Positions 52,849 through 63,254 of a stretch of 64,000 nt of DNA are shown here, piece by piece. The first letter of the stretch is position 1; every line of letters starts with the position of its first letter. The position numbers and the translations under genes were made by a program. The notes under the pieces were generated by a model. The model did not search any database. It saw only the letters and a program-made list of their open reading frames with translations, and was not told where the DNA came from. This DNA is from Cyanobacteriota bacterium (GTDB lineage Bacteria > Cyanobacteriota > Cyanobacteriia > Cyanobacteriales > Microcoleaceae), in contig JAXHVR010000009.1 in NCBI GenBank assembly GCA_034189005.1, positions 11,413 through 75,412 on the forward strand. Reading direction: 5' to 3'.

Positions 52849-53055
52849 TAGAAAACTCCGCCGGCGAAAATGAATGCTACAATGAAACCCGTATATGTAA
52901 AAAAGCTTGCAGGGGACTGGGCCAAGATAAGCTGAAGCCTAGAAAACATAAGGCATAAGGCACAAATAAAGCTCGACAGTAAGAGCAGCAGCCTAGCAAG
53001 TATTTACCGCTTTATAATGGCCACATATAGAGTTAAGTGGCTGGTTTTAACTGGT

Positions 53056-53079
53056 AGTGGGTCAAGCCCACTTTTTTTG
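53056..53079 (+). terminator. short GC hairpin plus U-run 15 nt upstream of the rimP ATG
   Basis: AGTGGG-TCAAG-CCCACT followed by TTTTTT. Only a 6-bp stem. Confidence 0.35.
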
Positions 53080-53093
53080 TTGTATTTTTTTCC

Positions 53094-53555
53094 ATGACTC
53101 ATCCTTTAGTACCAAAAATAATAGATGTTGCTACCCCGATCGCCCGAGAATTGGGGCTAGAAGTAGTGGGAGCAGTATTTCAAACGAACCATAACCCTCC
53201 AGTTATGCGAGTAGATATTCGCAACACAAAGCAAGATACGGGTGTGGATGACTGCGAACGTATGAGCGTAGCTTTGGAAGAAAAATTAGACTCGATAGAT
53301 ATTATTCCCGATGCTTATTCGCTAGAAATTTCTAGCCCCGGGATTTCTAAATACCTGTCTAGCGATCGCGAATTCCAAACCTTTAAAGGCTTTCCCATAA
53401 CCGTTCAAACCACAGAAGCTTACAAAGGCAAAACAGAATGGACGGGAAAACTTATTAGTCGAGATGAAACAGCAGTTCATATAAATCAAAAAGGAAGAAA
53501 AGTTTCCATTAAGCGAGAATTAATTGCCAAAGTAGAACTATCCGAAGAAAAATAA
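53094..53555 (+). CDS. rimP: ribosome maturation factor RimP
   Basis: Size, the LEISSPGI motif, and position directly upstream of nusA. Confidence 0.88.
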   Translation: MTHPLVPKIIDVATPIARELGLEVVGAVFQTNHNPPVMRVDIRNTKQDTGVDDCERMSVALEEKLDSIDIIPDAYSLEISSPGISKYLSSDREFQTFKGFPITVQTTEAYKGKTEWTGKLISRDETAVHINQKGRKVSIKRELIAKVELSEEK

Positions 53556-53687
53556 TTCCCTGCTGGGGCAGCGGTGAGAAAGATCGAAAAGGCGGCAACC
53601 GAGAACCAAAAGAAGATTATTAAACCGTGAATGTTAGTCGGTTTGCCAAAGCTCAAAATTAATTAATAGGAGGAGAATAATAAAATC

Positions 53688-55073
53688 ATGTCAATGGTTC
53701 GTTTGCCCGGACTTCAAGAAATGATTGATAGCATCAGCAAAGAGCGCAATCTACCAAAACAAGCAGTTCAGACTGCCTTGCGAGAAGCCTTGTTGAAAGG
53801 ATACGAGCGCTATCGCCGCACCCAAAGGCGCGAAGAACTCAACTTTAATGAAGATTATTTTGATAACTTTGAAGTAGAACTAGATGTTGAAGAAGAAGGA
53901 TTTAGAGTTCTTGCCACTAAGACTATTGTCGAAGAAGTGACAAATCCCGACCATCAAATAGCCTTAAAAGAGGTATTGGAAGTAGCCGACGAAGCGCAAT
54001 TAAACGATACCGTTTTCTTGGATGTAACGCCCGAACAAAACGAATTCGGTAGAATGGCAGCAATTCAAACAAAACAAGTACTTGCTCAAAAACTCCGGGA
54101 TCAGCAGAGAAAAATGATTCAGGAAGAGTTCCAAGAATTAGAAGGAACAGTATTGCAAGGGCGAGTATTAAGGTTTGAAAGGCAATCGGTAGTATTAGCT
54201 GTTAGTAGCGGTTTTGGCAGGCCGGAGGTAGAAGCAGAACTGCCAAAAAGGGAACAACTGCCCAACGACAATTACCGAGCTAATGCTACTTTCAAGGTCT
54301 ATTTAAAACGAGTCTGCGAAGGCTCTACCAGAGGACCACAACTGCTGGTATCGAGAACCGATGCCGGTTTAGTGGTGTATCTTTTTGCCAATGAAGTGCC
54401 AGAAATTGATGAGGAAGTAGTAAGAATTGTGGCAGTGGCCAGAGAAGCAAATCCGCCCTCGCGCTATGTGGGTCCGAGAACAAAAATCGCTGTGGATACG
54501 TTGGAAAGGGATGTGGAGCCTGTAGGAGCTTGTATTGGGGCCAGAGGTTCCCGCATTCAGGTGGTGGTTAACGAGCTTCGGGGTGAAAAAATAGATGTGA
54601 TTCGTTGGTCCCCCGACCCCGCTACCTATATAGCTAATTCCTTAAGTCCAGCTAGGGTCGAAGAAGTGCGATTGATGGACCCCGAAGAACGCAGGGCTCA
54701 CGTTCTGGTCCCAGAGGACCAGCTTAGTTTGGCTATTGGTAAAGAAGGTCAAAACGTGCGGTTGGCGGCAAGGCTTACTGGTTGGAAAATAGATATTAAG
54801 GATATTGACAGGTACGATCGCGACGAAGAAGACACCAAGCAAGCCGAAGAATTGACTCGCAGAGAGGCATATATCGCGGCAGCCGACCTAGAATATGAGG
54901 AGGAGGAGGAGGAAGAAGAAGAAATAGAAATGGAAATGACTTCAGGAACAACACCTGATGAAGATGAAATAGAAGATGAAATAGAAGATGAAATAGAAGA
55001 TGAAATAGAAGATGAAATAGAAAAACTTCAGAGCGAAGAAGAGCCAGCAGAGGAAATAGAGACTTTTTCATAG
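53688..55073 (+). CDS. nusA: transcription termination/antitermination factor NusA
   Basis: N-terminal domain, S1 and KH motifs (GACIGARGSRIQ, LAIGKEGQNVRLA). Acidic C-terminal tail with (EDEI)5. Confidence 0.93.
   Translation: MSMVRLPGLQEMIDSISKERNLPKQAVQTALREALLKGYERYRRTQRREELNFNEDYFDNFEVELDVEEEGFRVLATKTIVEEVTNPDHQIALKEVLEVADEAQLNDTVFLDVTPEQNEFGRMAAIQTKQVLAQKLRDQQRKMIQEEFQELEGTVLQGRVLRFERQSVVLAVSSGFGRPEVEAELPKREQLPNDNYRANATFKVYLKRVCEGSTRGPQLLVSRTDAGLVVYLFANEVPEIDEEVVRIVAVAREANPPSRYVGPRTKIAVDTLERDVEPVGACIGARGSRIQVVVNELRGEKIDVIRWSPDPATYIANSLSPARVEEVRLMDPEERRAHVLVPEDQLSLAIGKEGQNVRLAARLTGWKIDIKDIDRYDRDEEDTKQAEELTRREAYIAAADLEYEEEEEEEEEIEMEMTSGTTPDEDEIEDEIEDEIEDEIEDEIEKLQSEEEPAEEIETFS
54958..55022 (+). 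repeat. 12-nt microsatellite (GAAGATGAAATA)x5 in the nusA 3' end
   Basis: Encodes EDEIEDEIEDEIEDEIEDEI. Confidence 0.95.
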
Positions 55074-55156
55074 AAAACTCCCGTTTTTCCCAAACTTGGC
55101 AAATAATCTAAATCGTGTCTGTCCCCCAACTGCAAGCTAAAGTAGCTCTAATCGAG

Positions 55157-55447
55157 ATGAAACCTAACTACCGTCGTTGTGCGATCTGTAGAAAAGTGGC
55201 CCATAAAGAAGCTTTTTGGCGAGTTGTTAGGCTCTCCTCTTCCCACATGGTACAATTAGATAAAGGAGAGGGGCGCTCTGCTTATCTCTGTCCCCAAGCT
55301 GACTGCCTTAAGGCGGCTCAGAAAAAAAATAGATTGGGACGCTCTCTAAAAGCGCCCGTAAATAAGGAGATATATCAAGCACTGGAGGAGCGTTTGGCTA
55401 GTTCTATTGTTTCAGGCGATCGCCCGGAGACAGAAAAAACTTATTAA
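55157..55447 (+). CDS. ylxR: YlxR/DUF448 family RNA-binding protein
   Basis: MKPNYRRCAICRK..GRSAYLC motifs and position after nusA. The ATG at 55157 is preferred over the upstream GTG at 55115. Confidence 0.8.
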   Translation: MKPNYRRCAICRKVAHKEAFWRVVRLSSSHMVQLDKGEGRSAYLCPQADCLKAAQKKNRLGRSLKAPVNKEIYQALEERLASSIVSGDRPETEKTY

Positions 55448-55872
55448 TAGAGTCAATTAGCAGCAGATGAAAACCGCTTAAGTTTTTCCCTTATTGCTTC
55501 TTGTTGCTAGTGAGGTTGGAAATTTTGGTAGCCATAGATAGTTGCTAGGCATAGTTTGCCAAATAGAACCACAAACAAACCCACTCTAGTTCGTTTAGTC
55601 CCTTTTAACTTTATTTAACTAGAGGCGAAAGCCTACAAAAAAGAAGCTACAAGGAAATTTTAGTAAGATAAACAGGAGAAAGCAGTAGAAAGGCACTGAC
55701 TGACTGACGGTAGTGTAAAAGTAAAGACTCAAGTAAAGTAAGAAATAGTAGCAGCCAAAATCCACCCAAAAATTAGCAAAAAAAGGCAATAAATCCTAAG
55801 CAGTAAACGCAAAATTCCCTGGAATGCCTCGTTCTGGAGAGAAAGGTAAACGAACAGGGGAAAGTTATTGAC

Positions 55873-55981
55873 GGGAGCATCTCATCGAAGCAAAAACGCT
55901 TTCTTACCTATTACCTATTACCTATTACCCATTACCAAAAAGCGTTAAATTCTTGGCTTTCTTCAAAATTGAGATGCACCC
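55873..55981. mobile_element. MITE of the same TIR family (opposite orientation), CCTATTA heptamer core, 9-bp TSD GTTATTGAC
   Basis: TIRs are GGGAGCATCTCA and TGAGATGCACCC. GTTATTGAC occurs at 55864-55872 and 55982-55990. The subterminal TTGAAGAAAGCCAA..AACGCTTTTT is shared with 39281. Confidence 0.9.
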
Positions 55982-56448
55982 GTTATTGACTAACAAAAAC
56001 CGATTTTTCGGCAATTAAACAAAAAAACAACAAAATTATAAAAGGTAGATTGTCTTCTTAATAACTAATACCGATATTTGAACCTATATTTCTCTTCATT
56101 CCTAGAAGGGAAAAAACATTATTTCCTATTTCTAATTTACCCAAAAATATCTGGGAAAAAATTAGGCAAAAATGAGGAAAAAAAATCTGAGTAGCTCCCT
56201 AGAGAGGCGCAAAACCTATTCCCAGAAACCGGGTTTATGATGGGGAAAATGCCGATACTTCGTTAAGAGAGCGTCAGAAGCCCGGTTTCGCAGGCGGGAA
56301 TTCTAGTGGATTTTAGCTATCTCAAGATGAAGAAACTATAAAGATCGCTATCTATTATAAAGAAAGGAAAATGACTGGAATGTAATATTTAGTAAAAACT
56401 TGCGAATCGGCAAAGTAAATATAGCTTGGTACTTTGAGGCAAGATTGG

Positions 56449-59400
56449 ATGAACAACGGCAAAGTAAGAATTTACGAATTATCAAAGGAATTAAATTTGG
56501 AAAACAAAGACATATTAGCAGTTTGCGACTCTCTAAACATTTCAGTGAAGAGCCACAGTAGCACTATTACAGAATCAGACGCAGAAAGGATTCGCAAAAC
56601 CGCAGAAAATATGCCCCACTCAGCGGGTAAGTCCCCTGGTAACGACCGAGGCAATTTACAACAAAAAGACTCAGGGTCTAATGCAGGGGAACGTAAAAAG
56701 CAGCAGATACTAGAAATCCGCAAACCTAAAAAACAAAAAGAGAGGGCCAACAATGAAGAACAAGGCCAAAACAATAATACTTTAGTGGCCACTCCTCCCC
56801 AAGCTCCCGTGTCTGTTAAGGAAGCTCGATCGCCAGTAAAACCGAAACTAAATTCTCCTCCAAGCCCCCAGTCAGATCGAGAAGCAGTAAATGGTGTTGC
56901 AGCAGAACCAGAGGCAGAACAACAAGAGAATAAAAACAACTCCTCAACTTCAAGGGATACATCCTCGGAAAAATTAGAAAAAGAAAAAGTAGAGTTGGTA
57001 GGGCCGCCACCTAGACCGACCAATTCTACTCGCAAACAAGGGATTTCTCTACCGACCCTAAGCGATCGCCCTACACCGAAAAAGAAACAGGATGCAAAAA
57101 GGAAGAGGGATAAGGACAAAGGAAGGGACAAAGAAGATGATTCTCTGTCCGCAAGGGTAAATAAAGGTACATCGGATAAAGCAATGCCCAAGCCCGTCGT
57201 GGCCGAAAGTACCGATGCTCTAAAGGGTAAGGAAAGGCCTCGAAAAGGGAAACCAACGGTCAAAATCAAACCAGTTCCAGAATTGCAGCGACCGCAACCG
57301 GCTCGTAAGCCCGCTCCAGTAGGGAAAGTAGATGGAGAAGACGATCTAGATGAAGACAACAAAGAACTTCAAGAGCCAGAAAATCAAGATCTGGAACTGG
57401 AATTAGAAAAACCGAGGCGAAAAGCAGTAAGCCCAGCGAAACTAACCCCGCCCCGGGTCAACAAGCGCGCTCCAAAATGGGAAGACGAAGAAGAAGATGG
57501 CGAGGGACGGCTTAAAAGTGCTAAAGCGGCAGCCAAATCTAAACGTCTTCGTCCTAAGCCTATAGATGATGATGATGTGGATCTCGATGAGGACGAATCT
57601 TTAGAGATGCCAGCGCCGGCAACAGTTAGCTTGTCTCTGGCCAGACCTCCTAAGCCGAAAAATAATCAAGCTCCCAAACAGAAACCAAGCCCCAGTATGC
57701 CGACCATTGCGGGGCCCGATAAAAATAAGAAAAGCAAACCTTCTCGGGATGGATCGGGGGATAGCAATTCTCAAGCATCCGAGCCCCAGCGACCAGAAAC
57801 ATTAGTTTTGGCAGAATCAATGACCGTGCAAGAGTTGGCAGCAACTTTGTTGGTTCCCGAAACGGATATTATTAAGCGCCTGTTTATGAAAGGGGTTGCA
57901 GTTAATATCACTGAAACTCTGGATATGCCGACGATTAAATCGGTGGCTGAAGAACTAGGGGTTGAGATAGAAACGCCGTCTGAAGAATCAGCGGCTAAGA
58001 AAACAACAGAAATGCTAGAGGAGGCAGATTTAGAAAACCTCCAGCGTCGCCCGCCAGTAGTGACAATTATGGGTCACGTCGATCACGGTAAAACTACTCT
58101 GCTCGATTCGATCCGCTCTACTAAGGTGGCTCAGGGAGAAGCAGGCGGTATTACCCAGCACATCGGTGCTTATCATGTGGATGTGGAACATAACGGCGCG
58201 AATCAACAGGTGGTATTCCTAGATACTCCCGGTCACGAAGCTTTCACGGCGATGAGGGCCAGGGGTACGAGAGTTACTGACGTGGCAATTCTGGTAGTGG
58301 CTGCTGATGATGGGGTACGACCTCAGACGAAAGAGGCTATCAGTCACGCTAAGGCTGCTGGAGTTCCTCTGGTAGTGGCCATTAACAAAATTGATAAGGA
58401 AGGGGCTAATCCCGATCGCGTGAAGCAAGAACTGATGGAACAAGGCTTGGTCCCGGAAGAATGGGGCGGCGATACGATTATGGTTCCAGTCAGCGCTATC
58501 CAAGGAGAAAACCTGGATAGTCTCTTGGAAATGATTCTGCTGGTTTCGGAGGTAGAAGATCTACAGGCCAATCCAAACCGACTTGCTAAGGGAACAATAA
58601 TTGAAGCCCACTTGGATAAGGCACGGGGACCAGTGGCTAGTTTGCTGGTGCAAAACGGCACCCTGAAATTAGGAGATGTAGTGGTTGCCGGTACTGCCTA
58701 CGGTAAGGTACGAGCGATGATAGACGATCGCGGCGATCGCGTGGAAGAGGCCGGTCCTTCTTTCGCGGTGGAGGTTCTGGGATTGCGCGACGTGCCCAAG
58801 GCAGGGGACGAGTTCGATGTCTTTGAAGAAGAGAAAGAAGCATCGGCCATCGCAGGCGATCGAGTCCAACAAGCCCGAGCAAGCCGCTTGCTTCAAGGTC
58901 GATACAGCCTCAGCGCTTTATCAGCCAGGGCCCAAGAGGGAGAACTCAAGGAACTTAATTTAATTCTCAAGGCTGACGTGCAGGGTTCTTTGGAAGCTAT
59001 TTTAGGCTCGTTGCGACAACTGCCTCAAAAAGAAGTCCAACTAAGTTTGCTATTGTCTGCCCCAGGAGAAATTACGGAAACTGACATCGACTTGGCTGCA
59101 GCTAGCGGTGCCGTGATTATTGGCTTCAATACGACGATGGCTACGGGAGCCCGTCAAGCTGCGGATCTAGCAGGGGTGGACGTACGGGAATATAACATCA
59201 TCTATAAGCTCTTGGACGATATCGAGGGAGCTATGGAAGGTCTCCTAGAACCAGAATTGGTGGAAGAGCCTCTTGGCGAAACTGAGGTAAGGGCTGTCTT
59301 CTCTATCAGTCGCGGTGCTGTTGCCGGCTGTTACGTTCTCTCTGGGAAGATGATTCGCAACTGCAAGGTGCGGGTACGTCGCAACGGTGAGGTTATCCAT

Positions 59401-59562
59401 GAGGGTATTCTCGATTCTCTCAAACGGATGAAGGATGATGTCAAGGAGGTCAATGCCGGTTATGAATGCGGTATTTCCTTGAGTAACTTTAGCGGTTGGG
59501 CTGAAGGGGATATTATCGAGGCTTACCGGATGGCAACTAAACGTCGGAAGCTTTCTAGTTAA
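56449..59562 (+). CDS. infB: translation initiation factor IF-2
   Basis: [16 protein letters not shown] start, Lys/Pro/Glu-rich N-terminal region, and G domain [25 protein letters not shown] strong terminator lies downstream. Confidence 0.95.
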   Translation: MNNGKVRIYELSKELNLENKDILAVCDSLNISVKSHSSTITESDAERIRKTAENMPHSAGKSPGNDRGNLQQKDSGSNAGERKKQQILEIRKPKKQKERANNEEQGQNNNTLVATPPQAPVSVKEARSPVKPKLNSPPSPQSDREAVNGVAAEPEAEQQENKNNSSTSRDTSSEKLEKEKVELVGPPPRPTNSTRKQGISLPTLSDRPTPKKKQDAKRKRDKDKGRDKEDDSLSARVNKGTSDKAMPKPVVAESTDALKGKERPRKGKPTVKIKPVPELQRPQPARKPAPVGKVDGEDDLDEDNKELQEPENQDLELELEKPRRKAVSPAKLTPPRVNKRAPKWEDEEEDGEGRLKSAKAAAKSKRLRPKPIDDDDVDLDEDESLEMPAPATVSLSLARPPKPKNNQAPKQKPSPSMPTIAGPDKNKKSKPSRDGSGDSNSQASEPQRPETLVLAESMTVQELAATLLVPETDIIKRLFMKGVAVNITETLDMPTIKSVAEELGVEIETPSEESAAKKTTEMLEEADLENLQRRPPVVTIMGHVDHGKTTLLDSIRSTKVAQGEAGGITQHIGAYHVDVEHNGANQQVVFLDTPGHEAFTAMRARGTRVTDVAILVVAADDGVRPQTKEAISHAKAAGVPLVVAINKIDKEGANPDRVKQELMEQGLVPEEWGGDTIMVPVSAIQGENLDSLLEMILLVSEVEDLQANPNRLAKGTIIEAHLDKARGPVASLLVQNGTLKLGDVVVAGTAYGKVRAMIDDRGDRVEEAGPSFAVEVLGLRDVPKAGDEFDVFEEEKEASAIAGDRVQQARASRLLQGRYSLSALSARAQEGELKELNLILKADVQGSLEAILGSLRQLPQKEVQLSLLLSAPGEITETDIDLAAASGAVIIGFNTTMATGARQAADLAGVDVREYNIIYKLLDDIEGAMEGLLEPELVEEPLGETEVRAVFSISRGAVAGCYVLSGKMIRNCKVRVRRNGEVIHEGILDSLKRMKDDVKEVNAGYECGISLSNFSGWAEGDIIEAYRMATKRRKLSS

Positions 59563-59588
59563 TCGACGATCGATAAAGATATAAAAAA

Positions 59589-59617
59589 GGGAGCAGCCAT
59601 TGGCTGCTCCCTTTTTT
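59589..59617 (+). terminator. rho-independent terminator after infB
   Basis: GGGAGCAGCC-ATT-GGCTGCTCCC followed by TTTTTT. Confidence 0.88.
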
Positions 59618-59655
59618 GTTAGTTGGAAGGTTGGCAGAAAAAGTCTCCAAGCAAA

Positions 59656-59954
59656 TATAGCAATCCGTGCAGGGATTATGAAAAATTAGGAGGCCAGAAA
59701 CCCGGTTTCTTTAACAATACCTTCGCCAAAATAAAAAATAGCATTCGTAGGTTGGGTGCAGCGTAGCGAAACCCAACACTCACGCCCCCCCGCATCCCAA
59801 AGGGTGGCCGTTCGGGTCTTTTCCTTATGTTGGGTTTCGCTCGTTGATGTTGGGTTGCGCTATCGCTCCACCCAACCTACAAGAAAATGGCGAAGGTATT
59901 CTTTAAGAAACCGGGTTTGTCTTCAATATCGCGAACGATCTACGGCTTGCTATA
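59656..59954. mobile_element. TATAGCAA-family element with a second ~190-bp palindromic element (59712..59904) inserted in its central loop
   Basis: The outer halves match 24577..24682. The inner element has arms AATACCTTCGCC/GGCGAAGGTATT, GTAGGTTGGGTG/CACCCAACCTAC and AGCGAAACCCAAC/GTTGGGTTTCGCT. Confidence 0.85.
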
Positions 59955-59972
59955 TTAGCTCCACCTCAAAAA

Positions 59973-61199
59973 TCACTGTTGGGTTAATAAGAAAATCGTC
60001 TGAAACAAACCAATAACGACTCCTAATATTCCACCTAAATTAACAATCGCTTGTAACTCGCTTCTAACAATGCCATTAACTGCTGTTTCTAGGTCTTGGG
60101 GAGAAGTTCCTTTGACGCGGGCGATAATCGCGCTGTCGATATTTAAAATAGGAATTGCTTCGGCGACAATTTTTTCTAAATCTCGCTCCAAATAGCGCTC
60201 TATAACTAATGCTAATTCTTTACTAACCAAAGACAAAGAATTATTGACTACGGATGAATTACGCAGTCGATTAATAATTAGTTCTGCTATATTTTCCCAA
60301 TTAATAGAAACGCTCAATCCCTTAATCAAATCTACCCCTTTATCCTTGAGGTATAAGCGAACGCTGTCTCCGAGAGCTTTTCTTAGCTGCTTTACTGTGG
60401 AAACTGGTAAATTTTGTAAGGAAGCATTTAACAACCATTCCAGAACTCTTTCTTGCAGCCCTAGAGAGTCGATCGACTCCTGCAATAGTTTATTAGATTC
60501 TTCTTTTTCGTCGAGACAAAATGTGCGCAAACGAGTTAAGGTATTGCGCAAACCTAATAAGTTAGCAACTACCCAATAGGTACCGCTTGTTTTTTCTCGA
60601 AAGCGTTCGTCAATAATGGAAATGTTGCGATCGGTTAAAAAGTCAATTAAACCTTGTCGCACTAAATCTGGCGGCAAAACTACTTTTAATAACCAATCTG
60701 ATAGCTGAGTTGCTTGGGCTTCGGTGAATTGAAACTCTAGCAAAATTTGGTCAAAAATTTGGTCTATCTGAGGTTCTAAAAAGTCTTCTTTTCTGGCGAA
60801 CACTTTCAAAACTCGGGGTAGAGATTCTCCGAGCAAATCTCTTAGAATATTAGCCAGAATTTTTGCTGTTTTCTTATCGTTGTCTTTCTTAATTTGGTCT
60901 AAACCCATGCGCAAAAGCCAGGTAATTGCTGCTTCTATGCGTTCGGTTTGCAGCAGTCGCCGCGCTAGATTTTGCAATTCTGATGGGGTAAGCAGGGAGC
61001 CCATAATTGTATCGGCTACCCGCTTGGCTAACCTTTCTTGGTTAGCTGGAATTAGGCCGGGAGTGAAAGGCAGTTTTCGCCCAAATATGTAATAAGCTCG
61101 ATAGGGGCGAAACAACATTTTTATGGCTATTTCGTTGGTGAAATAACCAATAACTCCACCGGCTACTGGTGGTATGAAGTAAACCCAGAAACTAGACAA
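59973..61199 (-). CDS. DUF445 family membrane protein
   Basis: [20 protein letters not shown]...[16 protein letters not shown] motif at the N-terminus and a C-terminal TM. Confidence 0.78.
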   Translation of the reverse strand: MSSFWVYFIPPVAGGVIGYFTNEIAIKMLFRPYRAYYIFGRKLPFTPGLIPANQERLAKRVADTIMGSLLTPSELQNLARRLLQTERIEAAITWLLRMGLDQIKKDNDKKTAKILANILRDLLGESLPRVLKVFARKEDFLEPQIDQIFDQILLEFQFTEAQATQLSDWLLKVVLPPDLVRQGLIDFLTDRNISIIDERFREKTSGTYWVVANLLGLRNTLTRLRTFCLDEKEESNKLLQESIDSLGLQERVLEWLLNASLQNLPVSTVKQLRKALGDSVRLYLKDKGVDLIKGLSVSINWENIAELIINRLRNSSVVNNSLSLVSKELALVIERYLERDLEKIVAEAIPILNIDSAIIARVKGTSPQDLETAVNGIVRSELQAIVNLGGILGVVIGLFQTIFLLTQQ

Positions 61200-61232
61200 T
61201 TTTAAATTTAATACTTGCGACAGAGTTGAAAA

Positions 61233-61494
61233 GGGTGCATCTCAGTTTTTAAGAAAACCAATAACTTACTCTTTTTTGTTTGTAGAACAGGCGTCTCGCC
61301 TGTTGGTCTCGCCTGTAACGTAGAACAGGCGTCTCGCCTGTTGGTCTCGCCTGTAACGTAGAACAGGCGTCTCGCCTGTTGGTCTCGCCTGTAACGTAGA
61401 ACAGGCGTCTCGCCTGTAACGTAGAACAGGCGTCTCGCCTGTTGGTTGGCAGAAAAAGTCTATTCGTAGATACGAGATGCGCTCGTAGATATTC
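61233..61494. mobile_element. degraded member of the GGGTGCATCTCA family carrying a 38-nt tandem array as core
   Basis: Left end GGGTGCATCTCAGTTTTTAAGAAAACC and right end GAGATGCGCTC. No TSD recognisable. Confidence 0.6.
61282..61446. repeat. tandem array, 38-nt unit GTAGAACAGGCGTCTCGCCTGTTGGTCTCGCCTGTAAC x3 plus two shorter units
   Basis: Units start at 61282, 61320, 61358, 61396 and 61421. Confidence 0.92.
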
Positions 61495-61504
61495 TAGGCC
61501 TAGC

Positions 61505-62206
61505 CTAAACTTTTTTTAAAACTAATACTCCCATCATAGCGCCAGCGATTGGATAATGTGTTGCCTTGACAAATCCTGCTTTATGTGCTAGGGATACTTG
61601 TTCTTTTCCTGTAGGGAATTTGTCTAAGCTGGGGCTGATATAAGCATATTCTTCGGTCAGGCCCATCATTTGCGCTGTGGGTACGACGAAATAATCGAGA
61701 TACCATTGCTGAAACTGACGCATCAGGGGGCTGCTGGGGCGGTGCATATCTAAAATCGCTGCGCTGGCATTGGGTTTGAGGACTCGGTGCAATTCTTTCA
61801 GGCAGCGAGGAATGTCTAGGACGTTGCGAAGGCCGTAGCCCATTGTAATTGCGTCGAAATAGTTGTCGGCAAATGGCAAGTCGAGGGCGTCTCCTTCTTG
61901 CCAGACGATGGGACTTAATTTGCTGGTAAAGGGTTTGTTTCGAGAGCGGGCGATCGCCAACTGTTCCACTGAAAAGTCTAGGCCGAAGACTGTTCCCCGA
62001 GTTCCCACCTCCCTTGCTAGGAGCAAAGCTAAATCCCCGCTGCCGCAGCAAAGATCTAAACAAAGAGCCCCCGGACTAGCGCCGCTCCACTTGACAGCCA
62101 TTTGCTTCCAGACGCGGTGCTGGCCAAAACTCAAGCGATCGTTTAACCGATCGTAAACTGGGGCAATGCGGTTAAATATCTCTTGAATTTCTGTGCGATC
62201 GCTCAT
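61505..62206 (-). CDS. menG: demethylphylloquinone/menaquinone methyltransferase (UbiE/MenG family)
   Basis: IFNRIAPVYDRLND..SFGQHRVWK, LDLCCGSGDLA, GYGLRNV. Confidence 0.88.
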   Translation of the reverse strand: MSDRTEIQEIFNRIAPVYDRLNDRLSFGQHRVWKQMAVKWSGASPGALCLDLCCGSGDLALLLAREVGTRGTVFGLDFSVEQLAIARSRNKPFTSKLSPIVWQEGDALDLPFADNYFDAITMGYGLRNVLDIPRCLKELHRVLKPNASAAILDMHRPSSPLMRQFQQWYLDYFVVPTAQMMGLTEEYAYISPSLDKFPTGKEQVSLAHKAGFVKATHYPIAGAMMGVLVLKKV

Positions 62207-62210
62207 ATTT

Positions 62211-62282
62211 CAATAATTAATAATTAATAATTAATAATTAATAATTAACCATTCACAATTAATAATTAACCATTAATAATTA
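62211..62282. repeat. heptamer array (TAATAAT with variants) between the menG start and the response-regulator stop
   Basis: Period-7 repeat. Confidence 0.9.
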
Positions 62283-62303
62283 CTTGGGGTCTGGTTTTTG
62301 ATG

Positions 62304-63254
62304 CTACTTTTTCAGACAAGTTAAGGCCAAGGCTACTTCTTGAGAAGAGATATGAATAGTTGTCAATTCATCGGGGCGAAGCTGGCAAGGATTTTTCCAT
62401 TGAATGGACAAAAGGGCGATCGCTTCGTTGCGATAGACAATAGGCATAGCTATATGAGATTTGATGCCCGAAGTCTGATAATGCTCCACGCCGGAGAGGT
62501 TTTTATCCGCAGACACGTTCACTGTGGCTTGAATAGTTTGAGAAGCGATGGCCTCCTTAACCAGAGGGTCATCTGCCAGCCAGTTATCGGCCCCACCGTC
62601 GATCGCGTGCATCCCTTGAACTGGAGTCAGAGCATTTGCTTCTACCAGTTGCAAGATGCAAACATCGGCAAGAAAACTATCGCTAAAAGCATTAGCAATT
62701 GCCTCCATAGCGGCGTCGAAACTTTCTGACTCTTGAGCGATGTCGATAATTGTTTGTAGCAATTGGGCTTGGAGCTCCGCTCGGTAAAGCTCCTCCGTCC
62801 GTTGGCTCAAAAGTTCGTAAGTTTCAGCGGCCTTTTGTACCACTGCCTTGAGCTCGTTTGGGTCCCAAGGCTTAGTAATATATTTATAAACCTGTCCCGA
62901 ATTAATGGCATCCACCAAGTCCTCAATATCCGTGAAACCGGTCAGAATGATCCGAACCGTATTCGGGAATTCGGGCAAGGTTTTGCTGAGGAACTCGGTT
63001 CCTTTCATTTCTGGCATTCGTTGGTCGGAGATAATCACAGCAACTTCTCCTTCTTCGGCCAGGAGTTCTAGGGCGCGAACTCCGCTGTCTGCTTTGAGAA
63101 CGCTGAAATCTCGTCTGAAGGTGCGGTAGAGCAAGTCCAGATTGTCTGGTTCGTCATCTACCACCAACATTTTTGGTTTTTTTCGTCTATTTAAACTCAT
63201 TAATTGACGTTTAATGCTATCGAGCTCGGGAATAGAATTTTCCACTCTTATCAA
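62304..63254 (-). CDS. response regulator receiver domain fused to GAF-like domain
   Basis: MLVVDDEPDNL...ISDQRMPEMKGTEFL...YKYITKPWD receiver, followed by a C-terminal ~150-aa GAF-like region. Confidence 0.78.
   Translation of the reverse strand: MIRVENSIPELDSIKRQLMSLNRRKKPKMLVVDDEPDNLDLLYRTFRRDFSVLKADSGVRALELLAEEGEVAVIISDQRMPEMKGTEFLSKTLPEFPNTVRIILTGFTDIEDLVDAINSGQVYKYITKPWDPNELKAVVQKAAETYELLSQRTEELYRAELQAQLLQTIIDIAQESESFDAAMEAIANAFSDSFLADVCILQLVEANALTPVQGMHAIDGGADNWLADDPLVKEAIASQTIQATVNVSADKNLSGVEHYQTSGIKSHIAMPIVYRNEAIALLSIQWKNPCQLRPDELTTIHISSQEVALALTCLKK

Noticed and set aside
56472-57362. 296-aa minus-strand ORF
   Set aside because: It is antisense to the Lys/Pro/Glu-rich N-terminal region of infB. 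It is an open frame created by codon bias (a Ser/Leu/Phe-rich shadow), whereas infB on the plus strand is unambiguous.
59756-60016. 86-aa ORF (MQRSETQHSRPPASQRV...)
   Set aside because: It lies entirely within the nested palindromic elements and overlaps the 3' end of the DUF445 gene. Its composition is Arg/Ser-rich and typical of repeat read-through.
61581-62063. 160-aa minus-strand ORF in an alternative frame of menG, and the 97-aa antisense ORF 61863..62156
   Set aside because: Both are Arg-rich frame shadows. The UbiE/MenG frame carries all the diagnostic motifs.
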